NCBI GenBank assembly: GCA_001724265.1
Contig: MEDY01000171.1
Span: forward strand, 1 to 64,000
DNA length: 64,000 bases
Direction of reading: 5' to 3'
Origin: Rhizaria sp. SCN 62-66
Lineage: Eukaryota
Of this stretch, positions 22,282-33,200 are shown piece by piece; the first letter of the stretch is position 1; every line of letters starts with the position of its first letter. The notes beneath the pieces were generated by a model. It saw only the letters and a program-made list of their open reading frames with translations. It searched no databases and was not told the origin of the DNA. Position numbers and translations under genes: made by a program.

Positions 22282-25200
22282 TTACTGGTTGAGACCCTGG
22301 AAGATGCCGCCATTCTTCTGGTGCTTCTTGGCCTTCTTGATCGCGTCCGCGAGCGGCTTGTTGCCCACGCTGAGCGCGACGTCGTACGCCTTGCGCCCCA
22401 CACCGTTCTTGACGGAGAACGACCCGCCTGCGAAGATGAGCGCGTCGAGGATCTCCCACCGGCCCGCCGCGGCGGCGATGTGCACGGCGTTCTGCTGCCC
22501 CGCCGCCAGCGCGTTCGGGTCCGCCTTGGCCTTGAGCAGGCTCTCCACCGTCACCAGCGCAGGATCGCGCGCCGCCTCGGCCGCGGCGGACGCGGCGGCC
22601 GCGGCCACGGTGCGCGTCGCTGCCGTGACACTGCCGCGGGGGCCGGATTCCTCCGCGCCCGCGCCAGCGGCGATAGCGGCGCCGGCGGCCGACGGCATAG
22701 GGGCCGAGATGTTTGTCGCCGCAGCGCCCGCCGCAGTGGCAGCGGCCGCGGTGGCAGCGGCAGCGCCCGAGGGCTGGACGGAAGCCGCAGGCGCGGCGGG
22801 CACGGCCGAGTGCGTCATACTGGCCGCCGCGAGAGAGAGCGCCGTGTTTCCGATCGCATCGGCGAGCCCCACGGCGGCGTTGGCCTCGAGCAGCGTCTTG
22901 GTCGTGTCGGCGTTGCCCTCGGCCGCGGCCAGCATCAGCGCCGTGGACCGCCGCGCCGCGCTCCGCAGGTCCACCGTGGCTTTTGACGCGAGCAGAAAGC
23001 TCACGATGTCGGTCCGCCCGCGGCGCGCCGCCCAGTGCAGCGGCGCCAAGTCACCGGAGGGCCCCGTGGCGTCGACGTCGGCCTTGGCGGCAATAAGCGC
23101 GCGCGCCACGGAGAGATGCCCGCGCTGCACGGCGTACAGCAGCGGGGTCGCACCGCTGCGGCCCGGCGCGTTGACGTCGGCCTTGAGCCGCAACAGCGCC
23201 GTCGCCACGGCCGTGTGGCCCGCGTACGCGGCGAGGATCAGCGGCGTCTCGCGAGTGTCACTGGCCGCGTTGGGGTCCATGTGCGCGTCGGCGACGAGGA
23301 TCTGCACCAAGTCGCTCAACCCCTTTTGCGCCGCGTCGTGGAGCGCGGTGAAGCCATTGCGGTATGATAAATGCAATGGGGCGCGCGCGGAGACGAGCGC
23401 GCGCACGATCACGTCGCTCTCAGTCGCCACGGACCGCGCATTCGCGGTGGCCAGCGCTGACGCTGCAGCGGCGGACATGCGCGCGCCGTCGGAGCCCGCG
23501 GCCGGAGCAGCAGCAGCGCCGCTGGCACCAGCCGAGCCGGCGGCAGGCGCGGCGGCGGCAGCAGCAGACGCGCCTGCTCCGGCCCCTGGCGCAGATGCAG
23601 ACGCGGACGCGCCACCGCCGCCGCTGACTGCAGCGACAGCAGAGCCCGGCACCGCAGCGGGGCCGGCGGGGGCGCGGAGGGCGCGCGCGGTGGCGCCCGG
23701 CGTGGGCAGTACGCTGGGTCCTTCACTGCCATCGCTCGGAGCCACAGCGGCCGCAGCAGCAGCAGCAGCAGCAGCAGAAGCGAACGCGCCCTTTTCCTTC
23801 TCAGCGGCCGCCGTCGCGGCCGGAGGAGCGTTAGCGGCGGCGGCCTTGCGCTCTTGCTCGACCTGCTTCTGGTGCTCCTGGAGCATCTTTTGCACGTCGT
23901 CCTTGCGGAACGTGGCCGTGGCGATCTGCACGCGCGCCTTCATGATTGCGTGCGCGATCGCCGTGTGGCCGCGCGCGCGCGCCAGCTGCAGCGGCGTCCG
24001 GTCGTGGTCGTTGGCAATGCGCACCGTGGCTTTGGCCTCGAGTAACGCGATGACCGACGGCATCTGCCCGGCGTCGGCCGCCACGTGCAGCGGAGTGTTG
24101 CCGTTGTCGTCCTTGGCGTTGACGTCGGCGCGCGCGGCCAGCAGGTGGTGAATCACGGCTTCGCGCCCGCCGTGCGCGGCCAGGTGCAGCGGCGACATGT
24201 CGTACACTGGTGTCCGCTGCGAGGGGCCCGCGCCGTATTGCAGCAGCAGCGCCGCGATGTCGCCGTGGCCCAGCGCCGCCGCGCGCTGCAGCGGCGTGAT
24301 AACCACGTCCTCCATCCCGCTCGCGCCGCCGCCGCAGTCGGCACCGCCAGCGCTGGCCACGGCGGCGGCGGTGGCGGCAGCGGAGGAAGCAGACGCGTCC
24401 GCCGCGGCGGCCTGGAGGAATCTCAGGTCGTCGCCCTCGTCCAGCCCGTCTGCAGCAGCGGTGGCAGCGGCGGCGTCCGAAGCGGCCTCGCGCGCGCCCG
24501 CGGTGATGGCGGTGACGCCCGGACGGCCCTCAGGGTCTGCGCCGAGCTCGAGCAGCGCGCGCACAGTCGCGAGCATGCCCGCCTCGGAGGCCTGCACGAG
24601 CGCAGGCTGCCCCGTCTCGTCTGACACGGCCGAGGGGTCCGCGCGGCGCCGGATCAGCGCCGCCGCGGCGTCGTCGTCGCCCGAGTCGAGCGCCGCGAAG
24701 AGCTCCGCGGTGGTCACCGTCACGGGAGTCGCCAGCGCTGCCGCGGCCGAGGGCGCGGTCAGCACGCGCTTCGGCCGCGCCGCGCTAGGAGTCGGCGGCG
24801 CTGAGCTTGAGGCTGACGCAGAGGACGCAGAGGCCGTGAGCACGGGCGCAGTGATGACGGCGCGCGAGGTCGGAGCGAGCGAGGGCGTCACGGCGGGGCT
24901 CGGGTAGGGCTCGCCCAGCTTGCGCGGCCCCGCGCTGGGCGTGGCCGCCGCGCTGCCCGGCGCGCTCGACGCCGCAGACCCCGACCCCGGCTGCGGCTGC
25001 ATGAGCGGCACGGGCACTGGTGTGGGGCCGCCGGGCGGGGTGGGCGTGGGCGACCCTTGCCCGCCACCGCCGACCTGGTCGTGGAAGGACCGGAGTGAGA
25101 CGCCGTCGACGGCCAAGGCCAGTCCGCCGAGGGCGGCGCCAGAGTCGCCGAAGCTCACGTGGCTCTGCTGGCCGTGGCCGTGACCGAGGCCGATGGCATG

Positions 25201-27540
25201 CAGCGGCAGCGGGGCGAGCACGTCGCCCTCGCCCTCGGGGTCCGCCCCGCCGCGGCGCTGGTCATCAAGTCTGGAACCAGAGGCGCCGGCTCCAGCGCCA
25301 GAGGCTGCGCCGGAGACTGAGTTGCGCCCGAAGCCGGAGCCGGCTCCCGAGGCAGCGGTAGGGCTGTCCGCGACGATGACGCCGACAACGCGCATGGAGC
25401 GCTCGGCGCCGTCCTCGCCGCGCACAAGCACGCGCTGCGGGCCCGACGGTGTCTGCTGCGGCGGCACTGTGCGCAGCGGCGAAACGCCACGCTGCGGCGA
25501 CGCCCTGCGCTGCGGCGACGCACTGCGCAGCGGCGATGCGCCACGGAGCGGCGACGCGCCGCGCGAGCCCGCAGCGGAGGCTGCGGCGGACGCGGCGCCA
25601 GAGGCCGCGGCGGAAGCAGGGCCGGAGACAGCGCCGTAGACGGGAGCGCAGAAGGGGTTCGCGCCGCGCGGGGTCTCGCAAGGACTGCCCTGCGTGGGCG
25701 CACGCACGACGCTCGCGCGAGACTGCGGCTGCGACGAGTCCGCGTAGGGCCCCGTCACCAGCGGCGCCGGACTGCGCCCGCGGCCCGCGCCCGCTCCCAC
25801 GCCCGCGGCGGCCGAGACGGAGAGCCTGCCGCGGCCGCGGCCGGGCGACGGCGAGCGCGACTGCGCATAGCCGCCACTAGTCGACGGGCGAGGCAAGTCG
25901 CGCGACGGACTCGCGTTGGGCAGCGGCGTCGCGCGGCCGGGCCCCGCGCTGGGCGAGCGGGACCGCGCGCGCGCGGCGTCGTAGTCGCCACTGGGCTTGC
26001 GCGAGTGTTGGCCGAACGAAGCGCCGGGGCTGGCGTTGGCGAAGGACGCCGCGGCAGAGTTGGTGGCAGCGACGCGTGGCGCGGGGCCCGGCGCGGGGTG
26101 CAGCACCGAGTTGATCAGCGGGTTCATGATGCGCGGCGACAGCGTGGCGGCGTGGTACGCTGGGTCCTGCGCGATCGCCTGCCGCAGGTAGCCCGTGATC
26201 GCGGTCGCACCGCCCTCGAGCGAGGCCTCGTAGGCGGAGCGGCCATGGAAGGCGGGCACGGGGAACAGCCGCTCAGGGCGCGCCGTCACGCGCCGGCTCT
26301 GCTCGAACACGGGCGCGATAGTCTTGCGAAAGCGCTCCTCGTACATCGGCCCGCGCTCGAGCGGGCGCGCGCCGTGCTGCAGCAGCAGGTGGACCATGCC
26401 CGCGTTCTGCCGCCGCACAGCCTCGACTAGCGGCAACGACGCGAAGGCCGTGGCCGAGCCCTCGGGCAGCTGCAGCAGCCGGTGCTGCACGCCGCCGTCG
26501 AACGCCGACACGGGCCGGTTGGGGTCGGCTTTGGCGGCGAGCAGCAGGCGCGCGCAGGGGATGTTGCCGCGCTGCACGGCGGCCAGCAGCGGCCACTGCA
26601 CGCCGCGCATCACGGCGCCGTCCTGCGCCGCGGGCGACGTGGCGTTGACGTCACAGCCGCCGCGCACGAGCGCCGCCACGCCCGGGGCGTCGCCCGACGC
26701 CACGGCGGCGCAGAGCAGCTCGACTTCTTCCTCGATCTGCGCGAGACAGACGGGCCGCAGCGCCTCAACGGCAAGCGCGAACTCGAGCCGGCGCGCGAGG
26801 TCAATCGGCGCCTCGCCCAGCGAGTTGACAGGGAACAGGAACGCGCGGCGCTGGACGAGCAAGTCGACGCGGTGCTGCGCTTTGCCACCCGCGCCGCCGC
26901 CCGCGGCCCACGCGCGCGCGGGGCCCGACGCCGCGACGCCAGGCTCCGAGAGCAGGAGCTGGATCATCGGCTTCGAGCCCACGCGCGCGGCCGTGTGCAG
27001 CGGCGTCTCGTGCTTGCCGCCCGCCGCGATGTCCGAGTACGCGCCCTTGTCCAGCAGCGCCTCGACAGCGTTGAAGCGGGCCGCGCGGATGGCAGAGTGC
27101 AGCGGCGTGTCTTGGTAGCGGCCCAACGCGCGGTGGATCTCCAGCGCGGGGTCGCTGTGCGTGAGCAGCGCGACCACGACCTCGGCGTTGCCGCGCTCGG
27201 CCGCCCAGTGCAGCGCGGTGTTGCCCGTGGTGTCCAGGATGAGCGGGTCTGCGCCGAAGCGCAGCAGGTGGTCCACGCAGATGTTCGCGTTCTTGATGCT
27301 CGAAAGGATGAGCGGGGTGTAGCCGTACTGGCCCTGCGCGTCTGGGTCCGCACGGTGCTGAAGCAGGGCCAGGGCGAGGTCGGCCGCATGTCGCGCGCAA
27401 ACGAGGTGAAGCAGCGTATTGTTCTGCGGGTCTCGCGTGTCGACGGGAGCGCCGTTCTTCAGCAGGCGCTCAACCGTCGACAGCTTGCCTTCGTAGCATG
27501 CATCCAGGAGAGCACCCTCTTTAGACACTGTCCCTCCCAT
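22282..27540 (-). CDS. Multi-ankyrin-repeat protein (1752 aa) with predicted N-myristoylation
   Basis: Single-exon ORF starting MGGTVS. Many ankyrin motifs (GNTALHWAAERG, TPLHSA, GNTPLHVAADAG, GFTALHDAAQKG, ETPLILAAYAGH) in three clusters separated by low-complexity linkers. Ends in TAA. Confidence 0.9.
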   Translation of the reverse strand: MGGTVSKEGALLDACYEGKLSTVERLLKNGAPVDTRDPQNNTLLHLVCARHAADLALALLQHRADPDAQGQYGYTPLILSSIKNANICVDHLLRFGADPLILDTTGNTALHWAAERGNAEVVVALLTHSDPALEIHRALGRYQDTPLHSAIRAARFNAVEALLDKGAYSDIAAGGKHETPLHTAARVGSKPMIQLLLSEPGVAASGPARAWAAGGGAGGKAQHRVDLLVQRRAFLFPVNSLGEAPIDLARRLEFALAVEALRPVCLAQIEEEVELLCAAVASGDAPGVAALVRGGCDVNATSPAAQDGAVMRGVQWPLLAAVQRGNIPCARLLLAAKADPNRPVSAFDGGVQHRLLQLPEGSATAFASLPLVEAVRRQNAGMVHLLLQHGARPLERGPMYEERFRKTIAPVFEQSRRVTARPERLFPVPAFHGRSAYEASLEGGATAITGYLRQAIAQDPAYHAATLSPRIMNPLINSVLHPAPGPAPRVAATNSAAASFANASPGASFGQHSRKPSGDYDAARARSRSPSAGPGRATPLPNASPSRDLPRPSTSGGYAQSRSPSPGRGRGRLSVSAAAGVGAGAGRGRSPAPLVTGPYADSSQPQSRASVVRAPTQGSPCETPRGANPFCAPVYGAVSGPASAAASGAASAAASAAGSRGASPLRGASPLRSASPQRRASPQRGVSPLRTVPPQQTPSGPQRVLVRGEDGAERSMRVVGVIVADSPTAASGAGSGFGRNSVSGAASGAGAGASGSRLDDQRRGGADPEGEGDVLAPLPLHAIGLGHGHGQQSHVSFGDSGAALGGLALAVDGVSLRSFHDQVGGGGQGSPTPTPPGGPTPVPVPLMQPQPGSGSAASSAPGSAAATPSAGPRKLGEPYPSPAVTPSLAPTSRAVITAPVLTASASSASASSSAPPTPSAARPKRVLTAPSAAAALATPVTVTTAELFAALDSGDDDAAAALIRRRADPSAVSDETGQPALVQASEAGMLATVRALLELGADPEGRPGVTAITAGAREAASDAAAATAAADGLDEGDDLRFLQAAAADASASSAAATAAAVASAGGADCGGGASGMEDVVITPLQRAAALGHGDIAALLLQYGAGPSQRTPVYDMSPLHLAAHGGREAVIHHLLAARADVNAKDDNGNTPLHVAADAGQMPSVIALLEAKATVRIANDHDRTPLQLARARGHTAIAHAIMKARVQIATATFRKDDVQKMLQEHQKQVEQERKAAAANAPPAATAAAEKEKGAFASAAAAAAAAAAVAPSDGSEGPSVLPTPGATARALRAPAGPAAVPGSAVAAVSGGGGASASASAPGAGAGASAAAAAAPAAGSAGASGAAAAPAAGSDGARMSAAAASALATANARSVATESDVIVRALVSARAPLHLSYRNGFTALHDAAQKGLSDLVQILVADAHMDPNAASDTRETPLILAAYAGHTAVATALLRLKADVNAPGRSGATPLLYAVQRGHLSVARALIAAKADVDATGPSGDLAPLHWAARRGRTDIVSFLLASKATVDLRSAARRSTALMLAAAEGNADTTKTLLEANAAVGLADAIGNTALSLAAASMTHSAVPAAPAASVQPSGAAAATAAAATAAGAAATNISAPMPSAAGAAIAAGAGAEESGPRGSVTAATRTVAAAAASAAAEAARDPALVTVESLLKAKADPNALAAGQQNAVHIAAAAGRWEILDALIFAGGSFSVKNGVGRKAYDVALSVGNKPLADAIKKAKKHQKNGGIFQGLNQ

Positions 27541-28199
27541 GGTGAGTTAAACGCAGGTTAGGCCACGAAATGCCGTGAATCTAACGAGTGAGATGATGGG
27601 AGGTTGCCAATGAATAGAAGCGGACAAAAGAAGGTATTCATGGCGAGTAAGAGAAACCAAAATAAAATATAATACATTTTACCAAGTATACTTACACGTT
27701 CAAACTAGTTTGTGGCTATTTATGATAGATGAGACGCATATGAGCAGTTCTGGCTACCTGCTGAGCGCTCGGTAATACAGTTTGCCTTCTTTGCAGTGAG
27801 GGCTCATTTCGCATCTAAAAATACGGTGATATGATCATAGGCCACGAAAATAGATGGAACAATGCCACAGTTCTACACATAATAACACTTTATCTTTATT
27901 AGCACTCCGTGCTGGCGCAGGTTTGGAGTTGTCTGCACAGTTTGATGTGTTGCTGCCTGACTTCATGTTCGACCTGACCTCGTGCGCTAGAAACTGCTGC
28001 TGATAAGATGCCACACACGATATTTAGGTTTAATAACACGACGAATGGGCATCTTCATAATCAACAATGCTAATTCCATGACCACACACTCAAACATTTG
28101 ATTTTGCATGCGCACACGCGAAGACAGGCAACCTTCCACAACTGCCAATTCAAATCTCTTTTCATCTTCTGGCCGCTCCAGGTCACTCAACCGTGTTCA

Positions 28200-29996
28200 A
28201 TGGGTTGTGCAGCATCGGTGTCCAGCAGTGTCGACGTGCACTCGCCACCAGAGAGCGCGCCGCGCTCCCGCAGCAGCGCCGGTCAGTCCGCTGGCCGCGC
28301 CTCCGTGTCGCCCACGCCCGCCGCGAAGCCAGCGAAGCCTCCAAAGCCAACTCCGGTGCCTCAGTTCGACTCACAGGAGATCGGCGGCCGTCCCGACACG
28401 CCGCAGAACTCGTCCTTCTACCGCTACTTTTGTCCGATCTGCTTCCACTACTTCCCGGGCGCGATCAACCTCACGTGCTGCAGCAACCACTGTTGTGCCG
28501 GATGCGCGCTGCTCCACATCCAGCGACGGGGCCTCACGCTCTCGCCCGAGGCCGTCACCGCCGTCGCCGCCGCGCGCGCGCACTACGCCCCGCTCATCAC
28601 CGCCGGCGGCGCCGCCCCGCCCGCGGGCGTGGACCCGGCCGCCTCTGCTGCAGACAACGCCTCCTCTGAACGCTCCTCTGCTGCTCCTGCTGCGGTGACA
28701 GCCGCTGGCGGCGCCGCGACAGGCGGCGTGGCGGCGCGCAGCTCCCTGCCCAGCACGCGGCGCAGCAGCGCCGGCGACGGCGGCAACACCAGCAACACCA
28801 GCAGCGGCAGCTACGCAGCGGGGTCAGTTGACGCCGCTCTGGCGACGCGGTTGATCGCTGCCGTCCCAACACCGCCGCTAGCCGTGTCGTGCCCCATGTG
28901 CAGCGCCGAGCCGGTTACCTTCGCGCCCGTGCTGCCCTCGGCCACGCCCGCCGCGCCGCCGCGCTGCTATAAGGAGTCGCCCCACACAAAGGGACTCCTC
29001 ATAGCGCGCCAACGCCGCGAGCAGCGCGAAACTGCTGGTGATGACGACAACGACGACGGCGGCAACGATGTCTGCGACGGCGACGAAGACGGCGGCGGCC
29101 CGGGGCGCCAGTCGCGCCGCGCGCGCACGACACGTCTTGGCGGCGCTGGCGTCAATGGCGCTGGCACTGGCACTGGTGCTACAGTAGCTGGTGGCCAGCG
29201 CGCGCACGAGACCGACCGCGGCGACGTGCCACGCTTTATCCTCGGCGGCACCGACCACGACGCTGCCACTGGCGCTGGCTACGGCGACGGCGATGACGAT
29301 CATGGAGCTTCAAAAGTTCGAGACGGTGTAGGGCGTGCGTTCGTGCTGGCGGAGTCGCGGTCGGCGTCGTCGTTCGCGGGCCCGAGGCTGAGCCGCCTCA
29401 TCAGCAGCGACATGCCCGACGCGCACCCCGGCGTTGCGCCGTCTGCTCCCGCCAACGACGGAGAAGGCGAGGGCCCTGTCGACGACGAAGACGCCACCGT
29501 CGCAGCCGCGATGCGTGCGGCCCACGATGACCCCGACCTGGTGGGCAGTGACAGCGACGCCGACGCTTACGCCGACGCCGACGCCGCGGCGCTCGCGGGG
29601 GGACCGCCGCTCGGCGACAACTACGACGACAGCGACGACGGCGACGGAGGACTCGTGCGCGGCGCGTCGTCCTCGGCCGTGCTGGCCGCCACGGTCCCGC
29701 GGCTAGACTTCTCTCGCGCTTTCGCGTCGGGCGCGCACCACGACGGCGCCGCGGCGCCCGCGCTGCCCGAGATGGCGGCGATGAGCGCCTTCGAGCACTC
29801 GCTGGCGGCCGTCGAGGACGAGCCCGCCGACGGCAGCATTATTGCGCGCCTCGGCCGTGCCGGTAACGACGCCTTCTTTGACGGACCCCACAAGGCGGGC
29901 GGTGGCGGCGGCAGCCAAGCGGCGGGCCCTCCGCAGGGTGAAAACGCCGTGCGCGCGCATCTTGTGGGGCTCATGGCAGACGACGACGATGAATGA
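28200..29996 (+). CDS. Putatively acylated RING-type zinc-finger protein, SIP5/DA2-like (598 aa)
   Basis: Starts MGCAAS (Gly2/Cys3 acylation signature). CPICFHYFPGAINLTCCSNHCCAGC at 28431 and a distal CPMC at 28890. Ends in TGA. Confidence 0.7.
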   Translation: MGCAASVSSSVDVHSPPESAPRSRSSAGQSAGRASVSPTPAAKPAKPPKPTPVPQFDSQEIGGRPDTPQNSSFYRYFCPICFHYFPGAINLTCCSNHCCAGCALLHIQRRGLTLSPEAVTAVAAARAHYAPLITAGGAAPPAGVDPAASAADNASSERSSAAPAAVTAAGGAATGGVAARSSLPSTRRSSAGDGGNTSNTSSGSYAAGSVDAALATRLIAAVPTPPLAVSCPMCSAEPVTFAPVLPSATPAAPPRCYKESPHTKGLLIARQRREQRETAGDDDNDDGGNDVCDGDEDGGGPGRQSRRARTTRLGGAGVNGAGTGTGATVAGGQRAHETDRGDVPRFILGGTDHDAATGAGYGDGDDDHGASKVRDGVGRAFVLAESRSASSFAGPRLSRLISSDMPDAHPGVAPSAPANDGEGEGPVDDEDATVAAAMRAAHDDPDLVGSDSDADAYADADAAALAGGPPLGDNYDDSDDGDGGLVRGASSSAVLAATVPRLDFSRAFASGAHHDGAAAPALPEMAAMSAFEHSLAAVEDEPADGSIIARLGRAGNDAFFDGPHKAGGGGGSQAAGPPQGENAVRAHLVGLMADDDDE

Positions 29997-30281
29997 GTGT
30001 TTGACTGATTCACAGAACTGCCACTCAAGCTACAAGCATGAATTTTGTAGAGACGTTTTCACAATGACATGTGTATTTCTGAACGAAAGTTCTCCCATTG
30101 TGGGGGGAACTTTGATGCCACGCGCGTATTATGAGCGATCTACAAACTAAATATTAACTTACGGCACTACGTTACATTAGCTTAATTTCTTATATAACTC
30201 TTCATAATTTTCTCTAAGTAGACACTTTTACTGATTTAAATACATTCGTTTTACATTCACGCGAATGAAATCTCCACGCGA

Positions 30282-33200
30282 TCACTTATGCATGCTCGAC
30301 TGTTGCACCTGGGCACGCGTCTGCTCTTGCTGCACCCGCGCGCGTTCACGTTCGCGCGCCATCTCCTGTCGCCACGCACGCAGCCCCCTAGAGTCAATAA
30401 CTTCGGCCGCGTAGCCGTCAGCGGGCGCACGAACAAGCTCATACACGCGCCACAGCAGCAGCCCTTCATCGAGCGCGCGCGCGCCGCGCACCGGGTCAGC
30501 GCCTAGCGCCCACGCGCACTCACTCGCGCCCCGGGGCTCACGCGCCGCATCGCCTGCATGCGTCACATCGGCCGCGTCCACCACATCGGCAGCATCGCAA
30601 GCCTCGCGCCGCCGGCGTGGCCCTGAGCCGAGCGCGACCGGGCCGATTGCGTGGAGCACCGACAGCAGCCCCACGCCCAGCGCCGCGGGCGCAGTTGGCG
30701 GGCGCGCAGCGACGCGGTGCGCACGGAGCGCGTCGGCGCCGAGCGTGTGCACCGGAACCTTATTGGTGAGCCCCGAGCGGTAGCGCCACAGCGCGTTCTT
30801 GACGAGCCCTTCGGCGTCGGTGCCCGCGGCCGCCGCAGCTGCGGCCGCCGCGACGACGGCCGGTGCGGCGCCGCGCTCGCACAGCCACTGCGCATGACCC
30901 TTGGCGACAGCATCCACGGCAGTGCGCAGCGCGGGCGTAAGGATTGTCGGCAGCATGTTGCTGCAGTGGTAGTCGATGCCACTCAGCGCGAGGTCTTCCG
31001 GCTCGACAGCGTCGAGCCCGCCCGCGCCCAGCGCGCCCAGCAGCGCGCCCGGCAGCGCCGCCGCGGGCGGAGGTCGGTGCGCCGCCGCTGCGGCCGCGGG
31101 GTCTTTGGCGGCCGCGATCGCGGTGAGGCCGGCCATAGGAAGTGGAGAGACCGAGAAGAGCGGCACCCACCGCGGCGCGGCAGTTAGCGCCAGCGCAGGG
31201 GCGACGATCGCCAAGAGCGAGCCCGCGGCGGCCTGGTCGCGCAGGAATGCGCCCGCCGTCGCCGCGCGCCCGCGGCCTGCTGCGGCGGCGGCCGCGGTCG
31301 CTGCCACGGACGCAGCGGACGCAGGCGCGGGCGCAGCCCCTAAGCCGGGGGGCAACTCGATCGTAGCAACAGCAAGGCGCGGCAGCTTGAGCTCTGCCTT
31401 AAGCTCGGGACCCGTGTTGAAGAGCAGCGTCTGCGTCTCTCGCGCCGCGGCGCTGGCGCTCAGAACGGTCACTGGGCGCAGGCCGGAGCACGGCGCGGTC
31501 ACTGCAAGCACCGGCGCTGTGGTCTCGCCGTCGGCGGAGACGGGCACAGTAACGGTGACGCCCTCGCGAGGTGGCACGGGGGTGATGCCGCCAGTACAGC
31601 AGGCGCACTGAGCCTCGGCGGAGGCAACGCGTCCGACAGGTCGCGCAACAGTAGCGCCGTAAGGCATCGCGGCGTATGCCCAGTCGACGAACGCGAGCCA
31701 GCCGCGACACGCGCAGTCACTTCCAAACGGACACGTGCTACCGCAAGAGCAGTTGCATTCACCTTCAGCGTCACTGGTAACTGCTGCAAGCGTGGGCGGC
31801 GAATCCGGAAGTGCAGCGTGGCGCCACTTTGCAGCTACAGCCTCCGTCCATTCCTCAGTGACATCGGCCTCGGCAAACGCAAGAGCTGCGACGGATGCGG
31901 TCCGCACTTGCAATGCGCGTGCAGCTGGGCTCGAGTTGGGTGACGTCGTGTGCGCAGCCGCTACACCAGCGCGCGCAAGGACGTGGAACCTCGGGGCACA
32001 GACAGCAAAGTTAATGCGGCCCTGGGCGGCCGAGAGACGCAACTTGGCAAGGACAAGCGGTGCGGCAGCAAGGGGCAAAAGAGAGGCACGAGCGATCGCG
32101 TCTACAGCACGCTTGTTGCTCAAACCTTCAGCAGCTGCAAGGGCCGCTGCGCGGGCACAAAGAGCGCCACGCCACGCGCGGTCGAGAGCATCAGCAGCAA
32201 AGCGAAGTAACCACATGTGCGCACTGCGCCGCAGCATGTACACATCTCCAGCCATGCCTCCAAGCGCACCACGGAGTAGCAGACTGCGCACGAGCGCGGC
32301 CTCATGGGGAGTCAAGTGAAACACGCCTTCAAGATCCGTCTGTAACGACAGCGATGCAAATGTGTCGTTATTTTGGCGTCGACGCTCACCGAAGCCGCGG
32401 GCGGTGGTCCCACCTGTAGGAGCATTCATAGATGCGGCACCAGTCGAGGTTGGCGAAGAAGGTGAAACAGATGTGGCGTCAGATTGGGTACGAGCAAGAG
32501 CCGCCGACGCTGACGCCGCACGCTGTGGAGTCGTGTTAGCTGCCTGCGTGAGCAACGCCGCTGCAGCCGTGGCAGACAACGATAGAGCGGGGCGCAATGT
32601 CTGGGACAACCGCTGCTAGCTTCCAGGCGTCAACGACACGTGGGCATCACCGCTAGTGCCGGAATTGTGCCGCCGACTGGAGGATGAGCCGCGTGCGCTT
32701 GCAAGTGTCGCAGCAGCGTCCTCTGTGATGGTCGTGGTATCGGCAAGTGCGTGTGCGATGTCCGCCAACAACGCAAACACCATAGCATAGCCTTGGTTGC
32801 CTGGAGTGGGAAATGCGGTGCTGTTCGTTGTCGACGCCTTGCGGGGAGGTCGCCGACCGCCACCATCACTGTCATCACCGTTGCAGCGCTGAGAACCGCT
32901 AGACATGTCATCATCACTGCCATCCATCCGCCGTTGAGCTCCACGAGCGTTTGAGGTGTGCGCAGAACGTTGGCCTCGACGTAATGACTTGCGCACCATC
33001 GGCCGCGCGTCGACCACATCGCTGTCCGCAGCGAGCCCCCAGTCGCAAAGGCTTGAATCGTTGAAGCCCGCGTCCTCGCAACCCGCGCCGTTTGCGATGG
33101 CTAACTCACCGCACGAAGCCGCATCCTGCAAAATGAGCCGCGCTGCAAAGCGCGCAGCTTTAAGCGAGAGTCGAGCGCGAACGGAACCTGCGGGAGGTAA

